Positions 43,569 to 54,724 of a stretch of 64,000 nucleotides of DNA are shown piece by piece. The stretch is from a virus (lineage: Duplodnaviria > Caudoviricetes), in the IMG/VR virus record IMGVR_UViG_3300029288_000114, positions 33,019 through 97,018 of that record. One strand, given 5' to 3'. The notes beneath the pieces were generated by a model. That model made no database searches, had not been told where the DNA came from, and was given only the letters and a program-made list of their open reading frames with translations. Positions within the stretch are counted from its first letter, which is position 1. Each line of letters starts with the position of its first letter. The translations under genes were made by a program, and so were the position numbers.

Positions 43569-44888
43569 ATGGAAGATTTACGCGATAGAATAATCCAGGC
43601 ATACGCAGAGTTCAAAATCGAGATTGGCATCAGCATGATGCGCGAAGAGCCACAGATCGTATTGTACAAGGTAATCCCTGGTACACGCTACTACAAAGAT
43701 GGTTCATCGAACACTGGCGTTACCATTCGCGACATCACGCGCTACGTCGAAGATGTCGGGGCGGCAATCGGGTATCGCTGCACGATCAGCGTCAAGGACG
43801 ACGGCATCTGGCTAGAGGTACCGCGCAAAGATCGCGGCGTTGTCAAGGATTTAGGGCCGCGCCGCGAGGGGATGTACGTCCCATTGGGAGTGTCGAATGG
43901 GCAGGTTGTACCACTAGACTTGTCTGACCCGAACACGCCGCACTTACTCGTAGCTGGCACAACTGGTTCTGGTAAGTCGGTGTTTATGAACTGGCTCATC
44001 AGCTTCATCATCGACAACTACGAGTGCGATGAGGCTGCGCTAGTGTTGGTTGATCCAAAGTTGGTTGAGTTCCAAGCCTACGAGAAAGCAAAGAATCTGC
44101 TTTGGCCTATCGCTAACGACACGGCAGAGGCGGTGCGGGTTATCCGCGATCTGCGGTGGGTAGCGAAAGAACGCTACGCCAAGTTGAGAGCGATGGGCGC
44201 ACGGAACATCTCGGAGACAGAGTGGGGGCACATCATCCTGGTGATTGACGAGTTCGCCGAACTGATTATGAATGTCCCGGAGATTCAAGAGGACATCATC
44301 GGTATCGCGCAGATCGGGCGAGCGTGTGGCGTACACATCGTTATGGCTACGCAATCTCCACACCGCGAGATCGTAACAGGGTTAATCAAGAGCAACTTGC
44401 CAGCCAAGTTGGTGTTCCGCGTTACCACAACCGCCGCCTCGATGGTAGCGATGGATGCGCCGGATGCCACGAGATTGCGGGGTAAGGGCGACGCCATCTT
44501 CACGGGTCACGGCGAACAAGACATCCGCCTGCAATGTCCATTCATTACCGCCAACGAAATCGAAGGGATCGTGGCACGCAACCTAATGGAGAACGACCCA
44601 CGTCAGCCTGAGCGCATGACATTCCCAAAAGCAAGAGGCGTTTCTTCGGCAGCAAAGTTTGAAATGCCCGCTGGCGAGCTGCCGCTAAAAGAAATCTTCT
44701 ATAACATCGGGATGTTCTTGGTGGGCGTGGTCAAGATCGTTTTGACAATCCTCTACTACATTGTATACTACACAGTAATGGGAATCTGGTGGTTCCTATG
44801 CGCATTCTGCGAGGGGCTGTTCGGCACATCCCCCAAGAAGAAACGGCGCAAGAGCAAGAAGCAACAACAATTCTGGCTGGTGAGATAG
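43569..44888 (+). CDS. FtsK/SpoIIIE-family DNA translocase-like ATPase with C-terminal TM
   Basis: PHLLVAGTTGSGKS, LVDPKLVEF, ILVIDEFAEL, GRACGVH..ATQ, L.GKGDA. Confidence 0.9.
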   Translation: MEDLRDRIIQAYAEFKIEIGISMMREEPQIVLYKVIPGTRYYKDGSSNTGVTIRDITRYVEDVGAAIGYRCTISVKDDGIWLEVPRKDRGVVKDLGPRREGMYVPLGVSNGQVVPLDLSDPNTPHLLVAGTTGSGKSVFMNWLISFIIDNYECDEAALVLVDPKLVEFQAYEKAKNLLWPIANDTAEAVRVIRDLRWVAKERYAKLRAMGARNISETEWGHIILVIDEFAELIMNVPEIQEDIIGIAQIGRACGVHIVMATQSPHREIVTGLIKSNLPAKLVFRVTTTAASMVAMDAPDATRLRGKGDAIFTGHGEQDIRLQCPFITANEIEGIVARNLMENDPRQPERMTFPKARGVSSAAKFEMPAGELPLKEIFYNIGMFLVGVVKIVLTILYYIVYYTVMGIWWFLCAFCEGLFGTSPKKKRRKSKKQQQFWLVR

Positions 44889-44897
44889 GAGAAAACA

Positions 44898-46547
44898 ATG
44901 GACAGCATTACATTCTGGCGTGTTGACCCGTTACAATGCGAGGGCGACAAGCGGTACATCATTAAATTGAAGCACGACGGTTCATTTCAAGTAGCACACT
45001 TCGAGGTGTGCAAGGGTGAGGACGGCGAGGATGATGAACGGTACTTCGTCCCGCTAGAGACGCCCTGGTTTAACTACATTCTTGAAGAAGATATTGAAGC
45101 AATCTACGAGTTTCCATATAAAGGAGAATAACAATGATATGCAAGCAAAAATTCAGTGAACGCCCGGATGTTAAAGTAGCAGAAATTGTCGCCAAGCAAG
45201 TCCTTGACTCGCTATGCCTAGGCAAACCAATGGAAGAACAGACTTGTAGTTGCGGTGCAATTCATTTGGGTGCTGGCGTCGTAACAGCAGTTGTATCGCC
45301 GGGAGACAAATGCGGCGTATATCAAGTTGCCGAATGGTATTTATGGTCTCTTGAAATCACTACATCATGCGGGAAGAAATGGTCTTGTAGCGTTGACTTC
45401 ATTGTTCCTATGGACAAACTCACAAATCTTTTTAGCAACTGCTTCGATTCATTAAATCTATTCTAGGAGAATAACAATGCACACAATCATCATCGATACT
45501 GCCGTGAAAACCACAGGCGAGAACCTGTGGCAAATCTACACAGAATTGGGGCATCTTAGCCTTGCGGTTGTAATGGATAGGCATCTTGTAACACCGAAGA
45601 TGCGCGAATACCTTGAAGATTTGCGGGCGCTGCGCCGCGAAGTCAAGCGCACGTATGACGACTATTGTGCCCTGATTGACGATGGCGCTCCTGCTATTAC
45701 AGCAGATCGCGCGGTTATGGCTGGAGACATCGTTACGCTTGTTAATCGGTTTGGACAAGAGCACCCGCTACACGGCGAGCCGTTGTGCAAAGTCGAGGAC
45801 GAAGGAGAATGCGATGGCGAAACCGAAGAAGACTGACATCCAAAAGCTACACGCAATTACTGCGGCCCGCAATCGTTACGGGTTAGCTATCGGCGATAGT
45901 TCGTTGCGCGAGATCGTCAACAAGATTCAAAACAAAGAGTCGGAGTTCGTAATGACCCGCACTAGGCGGGTTGTAATTCATAAAGTAACGTATGGCGGCG
46001 TCGAGGTTTTCGTGGCGTATGACAGAATGCGACACACGATATGCACGTTCCTGCTCGAAGAGCACATTCAACAATATCAAAAGGAGATCGACAATGAACG
46101 AAGTAACGCTCGATGAGTATTACAACGCCGAAATCACGCTGTCCGTGAAGTGCGCAGACTGCGGCGGCTGTATGGTTGTGGACTCAGGCAGCCCGGCGCT
46201 CAATCCTGGCGCGTGGGCCGAAAACAAGAAGTACATTGTCGCCGCCGTGATTTGTGCGCAGTGTGGTAACACGGGAACGCTTGGTATCCTGCTTAACGCG
46301 CCCAGCTTTGGCGCGAACGATGAGATTCCATTCTAGGGAGACGGCAATGAAAACACATACGGGCTGGTGGGGGATGGAATTCATCGCGGAATCACTCGAA
46401 GATCATGAATTGCTTCGCGCGCTATTCAATTCGCTGTGGAAGTCGTATGCCGATGACGACGATATGGAACTTGTTCTTCCGGTGGGTGCTTACTGCGAAT
46501 TGAAATTCTATAAACCATACAAAGGAAAACAAAATGTACAAAGCTAA
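44898..46547 (+). other. cluster of small hypothetical CDSs (44898-45131, 45134-45466, 45477-45836, 45814-46116, 46094-46336)
   Basis: Each has an AGGAG RBS. Confidence 0.6.
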
Positions 46548-47829
46548 AGTAGTTAGACTTTCCATGAAGCCGCACCCCAATGCGGATCGGTTGCAACTCG
46601 GTTTTGTTCAAGGCATCCAGGTAATCGTTGGGCTAGATGTCCAAGAAGGAGAAGTCGGCGTGTTCTTCCCTTGTGACGGACAACTCGCGGAAGAATTCCT
46701 GTCAGCGCACAACCTGTACCGCCATGCCAATCTTAACCAAGACACCACCAAGACTGGCTACTTCGGTGATAACGGGCGTGTTACAGCCGAGAAGATCAGA
46801 GGCGAGATGTCTGACGGCTTCTGGTGCCCACTCTCGCATTTCGAGTACACTGGATACGACGTTAGCAAGCTGCAAATTGGCGACGAATTCGACGAACTGA
46901 ACGGGCACAAGATTTGCCAGAAGTATTACACGCCCGCAACCCGCAAGGCGATGCGCGGCACAGGCAAAGCGAAACGCACGCAGGCAGAGTACAATCTGCC
47001 GCGCCATTACGAGACCGAACAATTGGTGTACAACTTGGACAAGATTGGGCCAGGAGATACTATCGTTATCAGCGAGAAGTGCCACGGGTCGTCCACGCGC
47101 GAGGGCAATGTTCTTGTGGAGCGACATTTGAAATTGGCCTGGTGGCAAAGACTGTTCAACCGTCTACCTCTTTCAGTAAAGTATCCAGAGCTGGACAGAC
47201 ACTACGAATTTGTAGTTGGCACACGCAACACCATTGCCTCTGATTGGGTTACACAAGAGAGCAACGATTGGTATCGTATGGAAGTCGCCGAGCCTCTGCG
47301 TGGGCATCTCAAAAAAGGCGAAGTGGTATACTCCGAGATCGTGGGCTACGACAGCAACGGCAAGCCAATTATGAATCCACAAGGTACAAGTAAGCTACCA
47401 GAAATTCGCAAACAGTACGGTGACGTAATGGAGTATCGTTACGGATGCCGCTGGAACGAAGTCGGTGTGCCACAACGCAAGAAGCTAGTCTATCGCATCT
47501 CCAACGTCAACGAGGACGGCATCGAGGTTGACCTGCCGTGGAAGCAAATGAAAGCGCGCGCCGCACAACTTGGGCTTGAAGTTGTGCCGGAAATCCTTGT
47601 GTTCCACGAATGGGGCGGCGACATCGGGATATTCATGGAATTGTGCAAAGACTTGGTGCGTGGCGCATCAGCTCTTGATGATACGCACATCCGCGAAGGT
47701 GTGGTGGTGCGCGTTGAAAAGGCAAACGGCACAATCAAAGCCTATAAACACAAGTCTGATGAATTCAAAATCCTAGAGGGGATTATGAAAGCATCCGACG
47801 ATTACGTAGATACAGAGGAAATTGCATAG
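46534..47829 (+). CDS. RNA ligase (DRB0094/Rnl5-like, N-terminal OB domain)
   Basis: HPNADRL, motif I EKCHGS, YSEIVG, REGVVVR, AYKHKS. Confidence 0.85.
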   Translation: MYKAKVVRLSMKPHPNADRLQLGFVQGIQVIVGLDVQEGEVGVFFPCDGQLAEEFLSAHNLYRHANLNQDTTKTGYFGDNGRVTAEKIRGEMSDGFWCPLSHFEYTGYDVSKLQIGDEFDELNGHKICQKYYTPATRKAMRGTGKAKRTQAEYNLPRHYETEQLVYNLDKIGPGDTIVISEKCHGSSTREGNVLVERHLKLAWWQRLFNRLPLSVKYPELDRHYEFVVGTRNTIASDWVTQESNDWYRMEVAEPLRGHLKKGEVVYSEIVGYDSNGKPIMNPQGTSKLPEIRKQYGDVMEYRYGCRWNEVGVPQRKKLVYRISNVNEDGIEVDLPWKQMKARAAQLGLEVVPEILVFHEWGGDIGIFMELCKDLVRGASALDDTHIREGVVVRVEKANGTIKAYKHKSDEFKILEGIMKASDDYVDTEEIA

Positions 47830-47856
47830 CTGCGCGATCCGTCAATCGTTCTGGCG

Positions 47857-47884
47857 TTGACTATCTCCAGAAATGTGGTAGACT
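47857..47884 (+). promoter_or_regulatory. sigma70-type promoter
   Basis: TTGACT-N16-TAGACT with extended TG. Confidence 0.6.
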
Positions 47885-48062
47885 GTACACATATCACAGA
47901 AAGGAGACAGTCAATGTCAGATGAACAAATTGTAGTTATGTTGCCGAACGGAACGCGGCTCGTCAACGATGGCGAGTTCTTATTCTTCGAGACCGAAGAC
48001 GACGAGCCGGTTGCGCTTGGCACGGTGTGGGAATTCATTGATAAATTAGTAGGAGATGATAA

Positions 48063-48479
48063 ATGAGCGGAAGTATGTCTGTTACTGTTTGCGGCAAGTT
48101 GTCACGTGATCCAGAAATGCGCTATCTCCCAGACGGCACACCCGTCACCACAATGACTATCTTTGTGGGGAACGGTAAGGACGCCAAGGATACGCCGTGG
48201 AAGGTTACATGCTGGCGCAAGACTGCGGAGTGGGCTGCGGAGTGGCTGCATAAGGACAGTGTGATTTCCGCAACAGGCTCACTCACGGTCGATAAGTCCA
48301 CCGGCGAGCCGCGCATGTGGGAAGGCAAAGACGGCGTTACGCATACCGAACTCAACCTCAATGCCAGCAACGTCAATCCGATTGACAACTTCGGTAAGGG
48401 GAAAAGCGAACAAGCGCCGAAACCGGCGAGCAAGCGTGTCGAGATTGACTACAATGCACAGGACGAGATTCCGTTCTAG
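48063..48479 (+). CDS. ssb: single-stranded DNA-binding protein
   Basis: GKLSRDPEMRY.PDG, W.VTCWRKTAE, C-terminal DEIPF. Confidence 0.92.
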   Translation: MSGSMSVTVCGKLSRDPEMRYLPDGTPVTTMTIFVGNGKDAKDTPWKVTCWRKTAEWAAEWLHKDSVISATGSLTVDKSTGEPRMWEGKDGVTHTELNLNASNVNPIDNFGKGKSEQAPKPASKRVEIDYNAQDEIPF

Positions 48480-49043
48480 GTATGCTGCCGTTTGAGTTAA
48501 ACTCTAACTATTTCGGTGATCGCGCTGTGTACCCACGCATCAGGGCGCACGAGTACACCGATCTCGAAGTCGCTGCGATCTGTCGCCTGTGGTGGGATGG
48601 ATCGCAGTGGCAACGCTCGTTCGGTACGCCGCGAGCGCAGAAAATAGCCAAGAGTTTCATTTGGGAAGAACGCAATATCCTGCGAGAGTTGCATAAGCGC
48701 GGGATGCCAATGGCTTCCGTATCGGGGTGGCCCAGACGATGACGAAGACACGCACGCAAAAGATTCAACACCAAGCCGTCGTTGCCCTTTCTGTTCTGGA
48801 GGGCAACGATATTTATTGGGCTGGCGACTTATGGGGAACCACCGAGTTCGAGCTGGCGTGGAGCGACTGGCTGCTTACCGAGCCGGAGTGTAACGGGATG
48901 CGTTTTCTGTATGAACCCAAGAAGCGCGAGCCGGTTGAGCTGCTAGTCTATCAAAACAAACTGTGGAATACTACCTCTGGCGAGCCGGAAGAGGTAGTCG
49001 TTCCGAGACAAAGGTTGCATTTAATCAAATAAGGAGAATCGAA

Positions 49044-49697
49044 ATGGCACTATCGTCACAGTTACAAAATCAGGTCAGGAATTATTTTTCGCGCTCGCGT
49101 TACTTTGATAGCAACGAGTCCTTGTGCGGACTATTTATCGACCAGCGCATCTCTGCTTGGCGCAATAACGTTCCAGAGTCCAGCAGCAAGGCCGGGCGCA
49201 TTGGGGGCGTCGTCGCACAGTTCGACACGATGAACGGAGAGTATAACACGCTCGCTCTCATCATCCAGGTCATCTCCGACAACACACCACACGGCAACGC
49301 GATGAAAGATGAAGGTGTCCAGTTGGCACAGCAGGTGCAGTCCGACTCAACAGCCAGTAAGCAGGCCGAGTACGAAAGAGAACTTGCCCAACTCGAAGAA
49401 CATTTTCGGCGAGGATGGACAGACGCGGCGTATTACAACAAACGTAAACCGCAACTGCTCGCGCTAATCACTCAATTCGACACCCCGCAAAACATCCCTG
49501 TAAACATCGGTGTATCCCCAATGGTAGAGCAACGCTTGCGAGAAGAGTTCGATGCCAGCGCCAAGCAACTAATCGCGTGGCGAGAGCTTATGTCTGTGTA
49601 CTCTGAGTTCGGGGTTGGCGTGTCTGGACTCCTTGAAAATATGATGCGGGCGCACGAATCCTGTAAACAATTAGCCGCACAAATCAACGCACTTTAA
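49044..49697 (+). CDS. hypothetical helical protein
   Basis: AAGGAG RBS. Confidence 0.7.
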   Translation: MALSSQLQNQVRNYFSRSRYFDSNESLCGLFIDQRISAWRNNVPESSSKAGRIGGVVAQFDTMNGEYNTLALIIQVISDNTPHGNAMKDEGVQLAQQVQSDSTASKQAEYERELAQLEEHFRRGWTDAAYYNKRKPQLLALITQFDTPQNIPVNIGVSPMVEQRLREEFDASAKQLIAWRELMSVYSEFGVGVSGLLENMMRAHESCKQLAAQINAL

Positions 49698-49709
49698 CAC
49701 TCAAAACGA

Positions 49710-49752
49710 GTGCTATTTGTCACTTCACAAACCCGCCGATTGGTGATATGCT
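49710..49752 (+). promoter_or_regulatory. activator-dependent promoter overlapped by a terminator-like hairpin
   Basis: GTGCTATTTGTCAC-N23-TATGCT; ACCCGCCGA...TCGGCGGGT hairpin. Confidence 0.5.
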
Positions 49753-49787
49753 AGTCGGCGGGTTGTTTAATTACAAAGGAGAACGCA

Positions 49788-50168
49788 GTGAATATCTACG
49801 CAGTAGCAATGATGGCAAGTAGATTTGGAGTCCTCGATGTAGAGGCAGGGATGTTGTACGGAGATAGCCATGACGCAGTTTTTAATCTTGGACTTAAAAA
49901 CTGCCAGGAAAGATTCCCGTCTGATAAAGGGTATTACGATCATAGAGTGGCGGTTACTGGGTATGATCTTCTCAGGACGCTGCAACAACTCAACGATGGT
50001 ATTGCTACGACCATGCTTAAAGAGCGACGCCTTGACGATGGGCTTACACTGGCGACTCTCTGCGATATGGTGTTAGGCGAAGACGCAGAAGATCGTAGCA
50101 ACTATACCCTAATTAGGGCAATCGGGAAGCTGGCTAGAGCTTGTCCAGAGCTGGACAAAGGAGAATAA
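49788..50168 (+). CDS. hypothetical protein
   Basis: AAGGAG RBS, GTG start. Confidence 0.6.
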   Translation: MNIYAVAMMASRFGVLDVEAGMLYGDSHDAVFNLGLKNCQERFPSDKGYYDHRVAVTGYDLLRTLQQLNDGIATTMLKERRLDDGLTLATLCDMVLGEDAEDRSNYTLIRAIGKLARACPELDKGE

Positions 50169-50170
50169 CA

Positions 50171-52207
50171 ATGTCGTTCAACGATTTCAACAGAAGACTA
50201 ATGGCGCATGTCGCCGCAATGACGGATGGGCAACCCGCCCTGTTCGTGGTTGATCTGAATAAAGACGAACTATGGGATACATATCTCGATAGCTTCCCGC
50301 CAGGAACCAACGAGGTCTATCGCAAGCTACGCGAACACGACTGCTCGTGCTGCCGATACTTCATCAAGCAGTACGGTAACGTTGTCGCTATTGCGGACAA
50401 TGAAGTTATTACTATTTGGGACTTTGATGCACACAGCACCACATACCAGCCAGTTATCGATGCGCTGTCGAAGTACGTCAAGGCAAAAGCAGTTGCGGAC
50501 GTGTTCGTGACCAAGCTCGCTAAACTCGGCACAGAAAAAAGCAGAGAGTTGCGCGAGGGCGGATACGTGCATACTTGGCACCACTTCTATACCGAAGTCC
50601 CAAAGACCATGGTTTGCACATCGCGCGAATCAGAATCGGCAGTGGCGGCACAATACCGCGACTCCAAGAATGTATTCCAGAGATCGCTGGAAGAAATCTC
50701 GCCAGATGCGGTTGACTCGGTACTTGATTTGATTGCCGAGAATTCGCTGTATCGTGGCGAAGAGTGGTGCGGCGCGCTCACACAATTCAGAAACTTGCAA
50801 CGCGAGTATGTGGTACTTGACGCAGCGCACAAGAACAACTATTGCTGGAAGAAGTCGGTCGAGGTTGGCGCTGCGCTGTCCAGGATTCGCAATCACAGCA
50901 TTGGCGTTCTATTGCAAGACATCACCGCTGGAATGGATATTCTGAATGCCGTGAAACGTTACGAGAAGATTGTCGCGCCGAGCAACTACAAGCGCCCGAA
51001 AGAAATCTTTACTCGCAAGATGGTCGAGCAAGCGCAAGCAACCATTGAAGAGCTTGGCTTCGGTGAATCTCTGGGGCGACGCTTCGCAAATCTGGCGGAT
51101 GTTACCGTGAACAACGTGCTGTTCGCTGACCGCGATGCACAAACCAAGATGAACGGCGTGGGCGGTATTATGGAAGCGTTAAAACAACAGGCAACGACAA
51201 AGCCGCAACAGTTTGAGCGTGTTCCGGGAGTCGGCATCGACGAGTTCCTGCGTGATGTATTACCGACCGCGACAAACATCGAATTACTCTTGGAGAACAA
51301 GCATCGCGGCAATCTGGTTTCATTGATTGCCCCGCAAGACAAGAGCGCGCCGACGATGTTCAAGTGGAAAAATGGGCTCTCGTGGGCTTATGCGGGTAAC
51401 ATCGCGGACTCGGAGATGAAACAGCGTGTCAAGGCGGCTGGCGGAGAAGTCGGTGGAGTATTGCGCTTCTCGATTCAGTGGGATCACAATGATGATCTGG
51501 ATGCCCACGCGCAAGAACCTCGCTTTGGCACCCACATCTTCTTCCGCACAAAGATGTATCGCCACCCTTCAACCGGGATGCTGGATGTCGATATTATTCC
51601 GTCATGGAATAGGCATACGCCACCGCACGTAGAAAATATCAACTGGCTAGATACGGCGAAGATGCCAAAGGGCAAATACGAGCTATACGTAAACTGCTTC
51701 GATCACCGTGGCGGCACGGGCTTTCAAGCAGAGGTTGAGTGCGATGGCGTAATTCGGCAATACTCGTACAATCGCGCGATGCGCACCAATGAAAATGTGG
51801 TAGTGGCAGATGTTGAGGTGCGCGACGACGGCAGCTTTGTGGTTACTGATAGATTGACTTCGCAGATGTCGTCAGTAGAAATGTGGGGATTGAATACTAA
51901 CCAATTCCACAAGGTTTCGTTGATGGCTTACTCGCCGAACTACTGGGACGAACAACGCGGAATTGGTAACAAGCACTATATGTTTATGTTGGCTGGTTGC
52001 GTGAACGACGAGACGCCCAACGGGTTCTTCAACGAGTACCTGCGCGAAGATATGCTTAAACACAAGCATGTTCTCGCGGCGCTCGGCAGTATGATGAAAG
52101 TCGAACACACTGCCGATCAGTTGTCTGGGCTTGGGTTTAGTTCAACCAAGCGCGATGCGGTTATTGCGCGGGTGAATGGCACTCGCGTTATCAAGATCAT
52201 TTTCTAA
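50171..52207 (+). CDS. large conserved phage protein with YfaP/DUF2135-like domain
   Basis: HDCSCCR; DDLDAH..EP, GMLDVD, VENINW, PKGKY motifs. Confidence 0.65.
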   Translation: MSFNDFNRRLMAHVAAMTDGQPALFVVDLNKDELWDTYLDSFPPGTNEVYRKLREHDCSCCRYFIKQYGNVVAIADNEVITIWDFDAHSTTYQPVIDALSKYVKAKAVADVFVTKLAKLGTEKSRELREGGYVHTWHHFYTEVPKTMVCTSRESESAVAAQYRDSKNVFQRSLEEISPDAVDSVLDLIAENSLYRGEEWCGALTQFRNLQREYVVLDAAHKNNYCWKKSVEVGAALSRIRNHSIGVLLQDITAGMDILNAVKRYEKIVAPSNYKRPKEIFTRKMVEQAQATIEELGFGESLGRRFANLADVTVNNVLFADRDAQTKMNGVGGIMEALKQQATTKPQQFERVPGVGIDEFLRDVLPTATNIELLLENKHRGNLVSLIAPQDKSAPTMFKWKNGLSWAYAGNIADSEMKQRVKAAGGEVGGVLRFSIQWDHNDDLDAHAQEPRFGTHIFFRTKMYRHPSTGMLDVDIIPSWNRHTPPHVENINWLDTAKMPKGKYELYVNCFDHRGGTGFQAEVECDGVIRQYSYNRAMRTNENVVVADVEVRDDGSFVVTDRLTSQMSSVEMWGLNTNQFHKVSLMAYSPNYWDEQRGIGNKHYMFMLAGCVNDETPNGFFNEYLREDMLKHKHVLAALGSMMKVEHTADQLSGLGFSSTKRDAVIARVNGTRVIKIIF

Positions 52208-52220
52208 AGGAGAAACTATC

Positions 52221-52589
52221 ATGTTTGAACAAGCGGTTCGCGGGAAATATCGCTGGAGCTATAAAGGCTCTCTGTCCGTTGAGGATTTGTGGGACTTGTC
52301 CCTGCGTCAGTTAGACGAAATCTTCAAGGCGCTGTCACGAGAAGTGCGTGCCGCCAGCGAAGAATCTTTGCTGGACACCGAGAGCGAGGAAGACAAAGTG
52401 CTACGTAACAAGATCGCCATTGTACGTCACATTGTCTCTGTCAAGTTGACTGAGCGCGATGCGGCGCGGGCAGCGGTTGCCAATCGTGAGCAGAAAGAAA
52501 AGCTGCTTGGTATTCTCGCCGAGAAACAGGAGGCCCAATTGCGCGATCTCAGCCCAGAAGCACTGCAGGAGATGATCGCAAACCTGTAG
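52221..52589 (+). CDS. conserved phage hypothetical protein
   Basis: GSLSVEDLWDL, coiled coil. Confidence 0.7.
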   Translation: MFEQAVRGKYRWSYKGSLSVEDLWDLSLRQLDEIFKALSREVRAASEESLLDTESEEDKVLRNKIAIVRHIVSVKLTERDAARAAVANREQKEKLLGILAEKQEAQLRDLSPEALQEMIANL

Positions 52590-52599
52590 CGTTGTCCCT

Positions 52600-52621
52600 G
52601 GGGCGGCGTAACAGCCGCCCC
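52600..52621 (+). terminator. GC-rich hairpin
   Basis: GGGGCGGC-gtaaca-GCCGCCCC. Confidence 0.55.
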
Positions 52622-52712
52622 ATAGAAATTTTGCGAGGGGACGCCCCTGATTTATCGGGTGATCCAGCTTGTCGAGGCGTATGTTGTATATCAGACGAGG
52701 CAAAATTAAGGT

Positions 52713-52740
52713 TTGACATTTTCTGGAATGTGTGTATAAT
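52713..52740 (+). promoter_or_regulatory. consensus sigma70 promoter of the replication module
   Basis: TTGACA-N16-TATAAT with extended TG. Confidence 0.75.
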
Positions 52741-52982
52741 ACCTGCACAATCAACAGAAAAGGATCGGCAGCCGTTTCTGTTGTCGTCACAAACAAGTCT
52801 AGCAGACAGAGACAAAACAGTTTGATAGCATAGCCTCCAAGATTTCGGACGGCTTGCTGCTGACTTTAACGCCCTTTGCCGAGGGGTAATTTGCGTTATC
52901 TGTCTGCACGCAAGCACTGCTACTGTCGGTAGCAAGTCGTCCTGAGTTTTGGAGGTTTTTGTTTCCCAGAAAAGGATGTGGG

Positions 52983-53585
52983 ATGATGCATGATGTAACT
53001 TACTTTTTTGACACGGTTGGACTAGAAATTCTTTACGATTACTCTGATGAAATCAAGTTCGTCGTTACCGGTAAGGATATTGAAAAATACGGGGACGAAG
53101 AACTCATGAAGGCAATCAGATATGCATGTTCGTACAAACAGGCAATTCTTGACATAGAATGCATCAGGGAGTGGAATGATTACGATGAAGACGCCTTAGC
53201 CAGAGTTGAATTAATCGCAAGCTCTGACGCCCACCCGCTATGTTCAATTGCGAAATCCGCACTGGACAGGATAAAGCCCGTGGAAGAAACAGAACATAAG
53301 AAAAAAGCAAAAAAGAAAGATGGGTGGGTATACGTGCTTTTCTGTATGGGGCGCTATAAAATCGGAGTAACCACGCAAAGCGTCCATGACAGAGTAAGCG
53401 CCATTGCGAGAGGATTGCCTTCCGAGCCACAACTTGTAACGACTATAAAAACACAGGATTGCTACGGACTAGAATCGACATTGCATGATCGCTATGGTGG
53501 CAAAAGACTAAAGGGAGAATGGTTCGCGTTGTCTAACGAAGACGTTGAATATATAAAAGAAATTGCGATAGGTGAACAGTTATGA
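52983..53585 (+). CDS. GIY-YIG / T5orf172 (MUG113-like) domain protein
   Basis: GWVYV...YKIGVT...R......LE..LH.RY..KR.KGEWF.L. Confidence 0.8.
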   Translation: MMHDVTYFFDTVGLEILYDYSDEIKFVVTGKDIEKYGDEELMKAIRYACSYKQAILDIECIREWNDYDEDALARVELIASSDAHPLCSIAKSALDRIKPVEETEHKKKAKKKDGWVYVLFCMGRYKIGVTTQSVHDRVSAIARGLPSEPQLVTTIKTQDCYGLESTLHDRYGGKRLKGEWFALSNEDVEYIKEIAIGEQL

Positions 53586-54724
53586 CACGCTCACTTGGTT
53601 TATATGGCGAAGCAGTTGTAAACTCACAGGTTGAAGATCGCAAATCGTCTATCCCATACAGAAAAGAGTACAACTACATTACAGGAAGTGTCGAAGGGTC
53701 ACTCTTACTGCAACAGATTGTGTTCAGGTGGCGCGGTAATGGCAAGAAGCCGTTCTATAAGTTCCGAGAGAAATGCGATCACCCACTTTATAGAGACGGA
53801 GACAGTTGGACAGAGGAAATGGGCTTCGGCACAAGCCAGTTCGACCGCGCTCTGAAAGACATCGCCGCGAAGGTAACGTCAGGCTCAAAGAAATCAGAGA
53901 TAGAGAAGTGGTCACTTGTTACCTATTGGACAGATCACCAGAGGGTAACATGGTATTCCGTCAACGAGCGCCTGTTAAATATCTTGGTTGGGTTTGCGTA
54001 TACAGATCAAGAGAACGCGCGGAAATTCAAGCTCGGAGAAATACTAGGTAAATGGCAATCCCCAAGTTACCTAGAAGATGCGAAATCCGCAACTGATACC
54101 TTTGAATATGCCATTTACCTTCTTTACAAAGAATACTCAGAGAATACTTCAAATATACAGGGCGATTTTTCAAACGAACCAGAACACCAAGACGAAGTGA
54201 GTATTAATCCACCCTCAGCCCTAGACGCCTATTTTGGCCCAAGACGCCCAAGTGACATCGCTCTCCCGGAAAAAGTAAACCTACACAATCAATCTGAAAG
54301 AGAACGTTATGCGCTCAGACTCCAAGAACAGCGGAAGGCGCGCGTAGAAGGCGAACCATGGCTCACTCAATACGAGTGGATCGCCAAGCCGCGCAGTGGA
54401 ATCGAGCGCGACACTCTAAGACGGGTTGCCCACACCCTCGTCACGGCGGGTATCCCTGAACCTGAAAGCGACGCCGTGAAAGCGAAGTGGCGCAGCGCGT
54501 TAGAGTCAGTATACATCGAATCGGGGGGTAGCTTCGAGTTAATCGGGCAAGCCGGGAAAGCGATGGTGGCGGGCGGGTTGCAGTTCTGGCCTACGCACAA
54601 GTGGGTAGATCAGGTGATTGCTCTCAAGGCAGAGAAGGCACAAGGTAAGACATCCACATTCAAGGCAAGGAGCGTATATGACGACGACGGCGACGACCGG
54701 GAAATTGCCACCCCACAATATTGA
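53582..54724 (+). CDS. putative replication initiator (N-terminal winged helix)
   Basis: GSLLLQQI.F.W...FYKF...W.EEMG pattern; directly upstream of and overlapping dnaB. Confidence 0.55.
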   Translation: MTRSLGLYGEAVVNSQVEDRKSSIPYRKEYNYITGSVEGSLLLQQIVFRWRGNGKKPFYKFREKCDHPLYRDGDSWTEEMGFGTSQFDRALKDIAAKVTSGSKKSEIEKWSLVTYWTDHQRVTWYSVNERLLNILVGFAYTDQENARKFKLGEILGKWQSPSYLEDAKSATDTFEYAIYLLYKEYSENTSNIQGDFSNEPEHQDEVSINPPSALDAYFGPRRPSDIALPEKVNLHNQSERERYALRLQEQRKARVEGEPWLTQYEWIAKPRSGIERDTLRRVAHTLVTAGIPEPESDAVKAKWRSALESVYIESGGSFELIGQAGKAMVAGGLQFWPTHKWVDQVIALKAEKAQGKTSTFKARSVYDDDGDDREIATPQY